IMG/VR virus record: IMGVR_UViG_3300050194_000024
Location: 1-40,901 of that record
Reading direction: 5' to 3' (one strand)
Source of the DNA: a virus
Lineage: Duplodnaviria > Caudoviricetes
Length of the DNA: 40,901 nucleotides
Part shown: in pieces, positions 34,544-40,901 of the stretch
How positions within the stretch are numbered: the first letter of the stretch is position 1
Layout: every line of letters starts with the position of its first letter
Program-made: the position numbers and the translations under genes
The notes under the pieces: generated by a model
Database searches by the model: none
Seen by the model: the letters and a program-made list of their open reading frames with translations, nothing else
What the model was told of the DNA's origin: nothing

Positions 34544-35242
34544 TCAGTCCGCGGTCACCACACCGATGGTGTCGCGCAGGTAGATGTTGCGGGCTTCCAG
34601 CGTGCGCTGGACACCGTTCAGGGTGGCCGTGCTGCCGATGGTCAGGGCGGGCTTGTTGAAGAATCCGGTGGCGGCTGCCACGGATGCCTTGTCGCCAGTG
34701 GTGGCGTCCACGTCTTCCAGCAACACCAGTCGGGCGCGGTTGTCGGCGGTCACCTTCTGGTACTTCTGCGCGCTCTGGGCGGCAGCGGTCACAGTGATGT
34801 CGAAGCCATCGCCCACAACGAAGTCGGTGGCGGCGTCTGCCAAGGTGAACTTGATCTGGTTGCTGAAGGTGGCCGAACCACCGGCGGTGCCAGGCAGCGC
34901 GAACGTGCCCAGGCTGGTGCCGCTCGGGGTGTTGACCAGGAACGTGCCACCGTTGGCTGCAGCAGTGATGCAGCGAACGGTGTAGACGCCTGACGCAGCG
35001 CCAAACAGGGTGGGCGTGGTGGCGTCCAGCGTGAGGGTGCCGTTGCCAGTGTTGCCGCCCGACTTGGCCGCGCTGGCAGCCGTGCCGAACACGGTTTCTT
35101 CCAGCACGGTGCCGCGCACGAAGTTGGCGCCAGACTTGAGGGTGATGCCCTCAGTCACCATGTCGCAACCAGGTGCGATCAGGTTGTCCGGGGTGAAGGT
35201 GCCCAGCGTGTTCGCGCCGGAAGCATGGTAGTTGTGCTGCAT
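34544..35242 (-). CDS. Head decoration protein (lambda gpD-like) with inserted beta-rich domain
   Basis: F.PD.LIA...T..ITL.SG....RGTVL...L.EDVDAT.GD....ATG.FN..AL; insert GGNTGNGTLT...DF.VGD.F.ITV. Confidence 0.85.
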   Translation of the reverse strand: MQHNYHASGANTLGTFTPDNLIAPGCDMVTEGITLKSGANFVRGTVLEETVFGTAASAAKSGGNTGNGTLTLDATTPTLFGAASGVYTVRCITAAANGGTFLVNTPSGTSLGTFALPGTAGGSATFSNQIKFTLADAATDFVVGDGFDITVTAAAQSAQKYQKVTADNRARLVLLEDVDATTGDKASVAAATGFFNKPALTIGSTATLNGVQRTLEARNIYLRDTIGVVTAD

Positions 35243-35258
35243 TTGCTTGCTCCTGAAA

Positions 35259-36500
35259 TCAGCGGATCACGCCTGCCTTACGCAGGGCTTCCATGTCGGC
35301 CACGGCCTGTTGCTCTTCGGTCAGCTTGTCGCCGGTCGAACTGGCGTTGGGCTTTTCCATTTCGTTCTCGGCCTTCTGGATGTTGACGAGAGCGGTTGCG
35401 CCTGCATTGGCCTGACCTGCACGCATGTGCTGGATCACGCGGACAGCGGCGACATCGGCGGTGCTGCCATCGGCCTTGGCCGCGGCGATCACGCTTTCAG
35501 CGCCAGGAATCAGCAGGGCCTCGATGGCGGTGATGCGCGTGCGCTCGGCCGTGACGGCCTCGGCACAAGCAGCAGCCACATCGGGCACAGTCACGGAGGC
35601 AACACCTTCGGCGCGCAGGGCGGCCACGATGTCGGGTCGGTTTTCGGCCAGGGCTGCGGCCGTCAGGCTGGTGTAATCCATGGAACTAATTTCCTTCTTC
35701 AGGGCCGCAAAAGCGGATTCAAACGTATCGATGCCGTCGATCATAGCAGCATCAAGGGCTTTTGAAGCAACCATGACGCCACCCTGCCCGAACTTTTCTA
35801 GCACAGTTTCTACCGAAACATTGCGGTTACCGGCAACTGACGCCACGAATACGGATCCAAGGTCGTCAACCATTTGCTGAACCTGCTGCGCACCAGCATC
35901 GGTTTCGGGGTCGGCGTTCTTCAGCGGCGACACGCTCGAAACAAAGCGAACGGAGCGCTCGCCGGGCTTTGGGTCTTTGGCTGTGTAGCCAAGCTGGGCG
36001 CCAATCGAACCCAGGATGGAGGTGTCCGAAGCGATCACCTTGTCTGCGGCGCTGATCAGCCAGTAAGCGGCCGATGCGGCAGTGCCGCTGACGTGAGCCC
36101 AGACAGGCTTGTTGGCCGACTTGATCATGCCGGCCAGGTCGGTGGTGCCGCGCACTTCGCCACCAGGCGAGTCAACAGCCAGGATCACCGCCTGCACATT
36201 CGGGTCTTCAAGCGCTACGGTCAGATCTCGCGCCACCATTTCATAGCTGGTCGCCCCGCTGAATGCGGTCATCAGGTTGGCTCGCTTGAACAGCGGCCCC
36301 TCGATGGGGATCGTGGCGATGCCGTCTCGGATCGAGGCCGACATGGTGTTTCCCAGCGGCCTACCAAGTTTTAACTCCAGCGCCTCAAGGTTGCCCAAGA
36401 ATTCATTTTCTCGCTCTGCGATTGAGCGGATCGTCTCCAAAGCATCAGGAAGTATGGCCCATTGGGTCGCCAGAACCGCCTCAAGTGCTCGCTTCTTCAT
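35259..36500 (-). CDS. S49 capsid maturation protease with C-terminal scaffold (lambda gpC/Nu3-like)
   Basis: L.VDSPGGEV.G; ASAAYW..SAA; GSIG; start ATG 36500; internal MDYTSL at 35681 with AAGGA SD. Confidence 0.92.
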   Translation of the reverse strand: MKKRALEAVLATQWAILPDALETIRSIAERENEFLGNLEALELKLGRPLGNTMSASIRDGIATIPIEGPLFKRANLMTAFSGATSYEMVARDLTVALEDPNVQAVILAVDSPGGEVRGTTDLAGMIKSANKPVWAHVSGTAASAAYWLISAADKVIASDTSILGSIGAQLGYTAKDPKPGERSVRFVSSVSPLKNADPETDAGAQQVQQMVDDLGSVFVASVAGNRNVSVETVLEKFGQGGVMVASKALDAAMIDGIDTFESAFAALKKEISSMDYTSLTAAALAENRPDIVAALRAEGVASVTVPDVAAACAEAVTAERTRITAIEALLIPGAESVIAAAKADGSTADVAAVRVIQHMRAGQANAGATALVNIQKAENEMEKPNASSTGDKLTEEQQAVADMEALRKAGVIR

Positions 36501-37123
36501 TGCATCACTCCAAGCCACTGAAGTGGCTCCGTTAGGATCATTCGATTCATCTTCCTTCGATTGATTGTCGCAGGTATAACTTGGATGTTGGCGGCCACAT
36601 GAAGTCCGCACGCAGACTTCGCGGCAAGCGGGATCATGTGATCCACATGCCAATCAATGCCGGTTGATTCTGACCTTGCTCTAGCAAGGTCGTATGCCTC
36701 AATAAAAACGAGTTCATCGAAGTCAGATATCCAAGGCGGCGTTGCCTTCATCTCAATCGCCCTGCGGCGAGCCTCGGCAGCGCGCACAATGTGCTTCTTG
36801 TTCTGCCTATAGGCCTTGTTGTAGGCGATACGCTTTGCTCCATGTCGCTCGCGCTGAATACGCGATTGCTCAGAGACAACATCAGGGTTATTTAAGCGGT
36901 ACTCTCTCTTGCGTGCGTTCTCAGAATCCCGCAACTTGCTGTGCCTGTTGCGGTGATATTCTCTGTTTTTTTCACTGTTTTCAGCACGTCGAACATCGTT
37001 GCATTGGCAGCAATATTTGTTGGACACAAGACGATCAGAAACGTGGCCGTGCTTGCATGGCTTGCCCGTGAAGTAGCGCTTCAGGCCCATCGCAATGGCG
37101 TCCTTGCGAGCAATCAAGGTCAT
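36497..37123 (-). CDS. HNH homing endonuclease
   Basis: YFTGKPCKHGH N-terminus; ATP.W; WHVDHMIPL...CGLHV..NIQVIP...N.RK.N; lower GC. Confidence 0.9.
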   Translation of the reverse strand: MTLIARKDAIAMGLKRYFTGKPCKHGHVSDRLVSNKYCCQCNDVRRAENSEKNREYHRNRHSKLRDSENARKREYRLNNPDVVSEQSRIQRERHGAKRIAYNKAYRQNKKHIVRAAEARRRAIEMKATPPWISDFDELVFIEAYDLARARSESTGIDWHVDHMIPLAAKSACGLHVAANIQVIPATINRRKMNRMILTEPLQWLGVMQ

Positions 37124-38787
37124 TATCCATCCTCGCCAAGGATCAGCTCAGCCATCATCGCCTCGCGGATCTGCGCGGCGGCCTTTGCGGGCTGCTTCTT
37201 GCTCGGGGCCGGAGCAGGTGCGGGCGCACCGGCTGCATCACCAGGCGCGGGCTCAGGCGCTGGCAGCAGCACCAAGCCAGCGGCCTCGCGCATTTTCTTC
37301 TCGCGCACCAGCTGCGCATGCGTGCGGTCGAAGTCCTTGCCCTGCTGGGCGCTGATGTCCTGCAAGCTCCAGATGCCCAGGGCATTCCAGGCCTCGGCTG
37401 CAGCAGCCTCTTTCAGCGGGTCGATGGCAGGCATGCCGGGGCCGATCCAGTCGCACCCCATCCAAGCCGCACGGATCACCGGGTCATCAAAGAAGCCAGG
37501 CGCAGACAGCACGCCAGTGGCCACGGCTTCCGTGATGGCCCATTCCCAGCAAGGCTGGCAGAACGATGTCACCAGGAAGTCGCGCTCTTTCAGCACGAAA
37601 CGCCAGAACGACATCAGGGCCGCACGGGCGGCGCTGTAGCTGCTCTGGAAGTGGTTTGTCAGCACCTCAAACGGGATCTCAAGCGCAGACCCGATCTGTC
37701 GCAGCACGGCAGTCACGAACGGATCGAACGCCGTGTTTGGCCGCGTGCTCTGAACCACCTCGATGTCTTCGCCGGGGGCCAGGTCGACGATCATGCCCGA
37801 CTGCAGCTTGGTGACCTTCTGAGGCCCACCCTTGCTCGGGCTGCTCACCATGCCTGGGACCGATGTCATGGGCCCAAGCGGCCCCACCGCTGCGGGCGAC
37901 TTGACCATGATGGCCAGCATGCCGCTCACCACCGCTGCGGCAATCTCGGCCTCGCTGTAGCGGGTCAACTGCTTGAGCATTTCAATGACTGGCGCCAGGT
38001 ACGGCACGCCACGGGTCTGGCCTGGGCGCAGCTTGGGGATCACGGCCAGGATCAGTGGATCGCCGTTGCCATCGAAGGCGGGAATGCGTGTCCAATTCTG
38101 GGCCTCGCTAACCGGCCGGGCCATGAGGCGCTCGCCGGGGTGCACCTGGGCGATGTGCCATGCCACCGGGGCGCCGTCGCTGTCACGCTCGCAGCCTGCG
38201 CGAATGTCGCGCTCGGTGTAGGTGCCATTGGTGGGCGTCGACACTCGGTCGGATTCGACCAGCTGCACAGCCATACCAAGCTTCTTGCCCGCGCGCTTGA
38301 TGTACCGGCGCACCGCGAAGATGTCGCCGCGCTCTTTCATTCCGCGCTGGACGGTCCCCTGCATCTGCCAGAAGTTCTGGCCGCGCTCGGCGTCGAAGTG
38401 GTTCTTGTCGGCTGTCTGGCAAAAGACGGCCTCGGCTGCGCGCTGCCACTTCTCGGCCTGCTCGGGGCTGATGCCCAGCAAATCGGCATTGATGCGCGAC
38501 TGCGGGACGATGCCCGTGCCAACCACCGCGGTGACGTTCGACGCGATGATGCCGGCCGGCAGGGCCTCGTTGCGCACTAGGTCGCTCGACTGCTGGCGCA
38601 GGGTCTGAACATCGCCCAGCGTGTCGCTGTCGGCACTTCCACTGGTGGTGATCCACCCGGCCGTGTGCCGATTGTTGGGGCTCGCCGTGCGGTATCCACC
38701 AGGGCCGAACAGCTGCTGGTGCATGACGCTGGCGGCCAGCGATTGGGGCAGGATCACCCCGCTGGGCATTTGGGCGTAGGCGCTCAT
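37123..38787 (-). CDS. Portal protein, lambda family
   Basis: LR..S.DL.RN; VG.GI.PQ; R.GQ.RG.P.LAPV; L.PGE; SYS.ARAAL; W.GP....IDPLKE. Confidence 0.95.
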   Translation of the reverse strand: MSAYAQMPSGVILPQSLAASVMHQQLFGPGGYRTASPNNRHTAGWITTSGSADSDTLGDVQTLRQQSSDLVRNEALPAGIIASNVTAVVGTGIVPQSRINADLLGISPEQAEKWQRAAEAVFCQTADKNHFDAERGQNFWQMQGTVQRGMKERGDIFAVRRYIKRAGKKLGMAVQLVESDRVSTPTNGTYTERDIRAGCERDSDGAPVAWHIAQVHPGERLMARPVSEAQNWTRIPAFDGNGDPLILAVIPKLRPGQTRGVPYLAPVIEMLKQLTRYSEAEIAAAVVSGMLAIMVKSPAAVGPLGPMTSVPGMVSSPSKGGPQKVTKLQSGMIVDLAPGEDIEVVQSTRPNTAFDPFVTAVLRQIGSALEIPFEVLTNHFQSSYSAARAALMSFWRFVLKERDFLVTSFCQPCWEWAITEAVATGVLSAPGFFDDPVIRAAWMGCDWIGPGMPAIDPLKEAAAAEAWNALGIWSLQDISAQQGKDFDRTHAQLVREKKMREAAGLVLLPAPEPAPGDAAGAPAPAPAPSKKQPAKAAAQIREAMMAELILGEDG

Positions 38788-39041
38788 TGGGTGCAGGGGC
38801 CGGGGGCCGCGGTGTCAACGACCACGCCAAGCGAAGGCCCGCGTGAGCCCGTGCCATCCATGCGGCCAATGGCCAGTTCAAGCTCGCGCTTGCGGGCCAG
38901 CAGGATGCTCAGGTCTTGCCGCTTGAGCTTCCGGCGACTGGTGCCGCTGGCGATCTCGTATTCGGCGCCACCATAGGCCGCCGTGACCGCCTTATTGACG
39001 GTCGCAAGTTCTGCCTGGAGCGATTCAAGATCAACGGCCAT
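38784..39041 (-). CDS. Head completion protein (lambda gpW-like)
   Basis: L..V..A......G.EYEI.SG...RKL.R.DL..L......LE; precedes the portal gene. Confidence 0.8.
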   Translation of the reverse strand: MAVDLESLQAELATVNKAVTAAYGGAEYEIASGTSRRKLKRQDLSILLARKRELELAIGRMDGTGSRGPSLGVVVDTAAPGPCTQ

Positions 39042-39070
39042 GGTGTCAAAGCATTTGCGTGTGTCGCTCC

Positions 39071-39100
39071 ATTGTAGTGCACTGGTTTGGTGCGTACAAT
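39071..39100. promoter_or_regulatory. Symmetric bidirectional sigma70-type promoter
   Basis: Plus: TTGTAG-N17-TACAAT. Minus: TTGTAC-N17-TACAAT. Both lie on the same 30 bp. Confidence 0.7.
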
Positions 39101-39160
39101 CAAAGATGCATTCAGGCCCAGCGAGGGCCATTTATTTACGCCATCAACGGAGCACCTGAA

Positions 39161-39487
39161 ATGAGCAACATCGGCGACATGATCGACAAAGAACAGTTTC
39201 CAGACTGCTACGTGATGCTGAACGGCACCACCTCGGCCACCAAGTCGGATGTCCGCAAGCTGCGCTCACGCCTGCCAATCACGGTCGACGTGCTGATCAC
39301 CGGAACAGCCACGGTTCGGCTGTATGCCAGCAACATCGAAGAATCGGCTGCCGGCACGAAATGGGGCGCACACCTGCGTGAATTCACGACCTCGGGCAAG
39401 GTGGTGATCGAGAACGAGCCCTGGGTGAACTGGATGGTCGAGCACGTCAGCGGCTCGGGCACTGTCAACGTCGCCATGGGGGTCTGA
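39161..39487 (+). CDS. Small beta-rich hypothetical protein
   Basis: MSNIGDMIDKEQFPDC...; GGAG SD; closely followed by the downstream gene. Confidence 0.7.
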   Translation: MSNIGDMIDKEQFPDCYVMLNGTTSATKSDVRKLRSRLPITVDVLITGTATVRLYASNIEESAAGTKWGAHLREFTTSGKVVIENEPWVNWMVEHVSGSGTVNVAMGV

Positions 39488-39489
39488 TC

Positions 39490-40901
39490 ATGACGATGCG
39501 AAATCCTACTCAATCGCTCGCAGGCGCCACGCCCTCCACCTCATCGGGGACGGTGGGCCTGGACAACCTGCGCACGAAACTCCGCGCTTTGCGATCAAAC
39601 GCTGTACCCCATCGCCGCGCTGCACTTTGCCCTGCAATTCCGATCACGGTGGGCCTGATCCCCACAAAGGGCGCTGTGTATTCAGCAGGTGGCCAACTTT
39701 ATCAATGTGCAGCAGTTGGTACGACAGCGGTGGCAACTCTGCCATCTGGCACCGCTATCAAGATGATTGCGCCTGACAGCACTGGCCCTGTGTGGATGTG
39801 GTACGGCCCAGACCAGCCACTGGCAGGATACCCTGAGCAAGTCCAGTTTGCTGTCGGCGCGAGCCTCGGTGCAATTTCGTTTGTTGGGTCATATCGTGCA
39901 GCGATGAGCGGAATGCTCCAAGACACGACTGGAGTTTATGAGGACAAGTATTTTTCAACCATAGGCGGTATCACATCAGGTGCCCCATTTGGTAAGGCCG
40001 AGCTGGTCACGATGGCATTTCAGGCGCCTGGTGACGCTTCACCGGTTGTCAAAGGGGCTAACTTCTGCCGCACGATCATCACTGATTCCCCCTGGATTGC
40101 GCTTTATAACGTCGATGCTGGGGCCGTTCAGTCTGGGATGATCTTTGTTGACACAAAGCCCGTTATCCCTGGCGATTGCTTACCGCTGACTGGAACCAAT
40201 GTGGCTTGTGGCGTGAACTTTGGCTCACGCCGCCCGCGTCGCATTACGATCAACCAGCCGGTTGGGCGCGTTTCGATTTACGTGGCGGCCAACAGCACGT
40301 TTATCCAGCCGCCGCCAGGTTTCAACGAGCAGCTTTTGAAGTACGTGATTCACACGGATTCATGGGGTGGCGGCTCAGGCACCATGGGTGTGGCGCAGGG
40401 TCAAGGTTATTGCGACAGCATCGCCCGCACATTGGGTCTTGGCGAAACTGCGGTGATGGATAACCTGGGCGGCACTGGCCTATGGCGCAATTCCACGAGC
40501 CAACTGGTGCCAAACTTTTTGCTGCGCCTCCAACAAACACTGACCATCCCTCAGCTTGCGGCGGCTTACGCAAATTTGGGTGCTCACTTTGTGCAGTGCT
40601 CGGTAAACGATGGCGTGCAAGGATCCGCGGCAGTGGACAACAATAGCTATCCGAGTTCAGCGCAACTGACACAGCGGACTGTTGATTACCTGACTGCTCT
40701 TCGTACGGCATCGCCTATGGCTTCGCTGATCATGTACAACATTCCGATGGACGATGCTGTGAACTCAAACACAGAAGCCACGAATGCGGCCTACAAAGCC
40801 GGGTTTGACCAGTTCGCAGCCACAGATTCAAATTGTGTGTTTGTTGACATCTCGGCAACAGGACCGACAGGTGAGAACGTCTGCAACGCTCGAAACTCAT
40901 C
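39490..40901 (+). CDS. SGNH/GDSL hydrolase-domain protein (truncated by window edge)
   Basis: Own translation is open from ATG 39490 to the end: block I IHTDSWG, block II NLGGTG, block III SVND. N-terminal GQLYQC...GTT...P...VW.W.G segment resembles a small carbohydrate-binding module. Confidence 0.75.
   Translation, partial: MTMRNPTQSLAGATPSTSSGTVGLDNLRTKLRALRSNAVPHRRAALCPAIPITVGLIPTKGAVYSAGGQLYQCAAVGTTAVATLPSGTAIKMIAPDSTGPVWMWYGPDQPLAGYPEQVQFAVGASLGAISFVGSYRAAMSGMLQDTTGVYEDKYFSTIGGITSGAPFGKAELVTMAFQAPGDASPVVKGANFCRTIITDSPWIALYNVDAGAVQSGMIFVDTKPVIPGDCLPLTGTNVACGVNFGSRRPRRITINQPVGRVSIYVAANSTFIQPPPGFNEQLLKYVIHTDSWGGGSGTMGVAQGQGYCDSIARTLGLGETAVMDNLGGTGLWRNSTSQLVPNFLLRLQQTLTIPQLAAAYANLGAHFVQCSVNDGVQGSAAVDNNSYPSSAQLTQRTVDYLTALRTASPMASLIMYNIPMDDAVNSNTEATNAAYKAGFDQFAATDSNCVFVDISATGPTGENVCNARNS

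Noticed and set aside
1-40901. CRISPR array, rRNA, IS element, terminase
   Set aside because: None detected by eye; terminase presumably lies outside the window.

Overview
About 41 kb of a high-GC temperate myovirus-type phage genome, probably infecting a Betaproteobacterium (inferred from the SSB sequence and composition). Both ends are truncated and no terminase is in the window. Left to right: (1) a leftward early/replication operon with RadC/JAB, VRR-NUC, a PagP-like barrel, a C5 methyltransferase, an SF2 helicase and a Cro-like HTH; (2) a rightward recombination operon with a RecE-like exonuclease, MazG-like protein, Sak4-like ATPase, SSB and HNH; (3) a tyrosine integrase next to an apparently intact attP whose core encodes the N-terminus of host YbgC (PIRVYYEDTD); (4) a self-contained ~570-nt structured non-coding unit with its own promoter and terminator, ending in an expanded tRNA-like domain; (5) lysis genes; (6) a P2-like contractile tail containing a second PagP-like gene; (7) a lambda-like head; (8) a divergent SGNH-hydrolase cassette behind a symmetric bidirectional promoter. 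The best novelty candidates are the ncRNA/tRNA-mimic cassette next to the ybgC-targeting attP and the two PagP-like barrels. All family calls come from motif recognition by eye; no searches were run.
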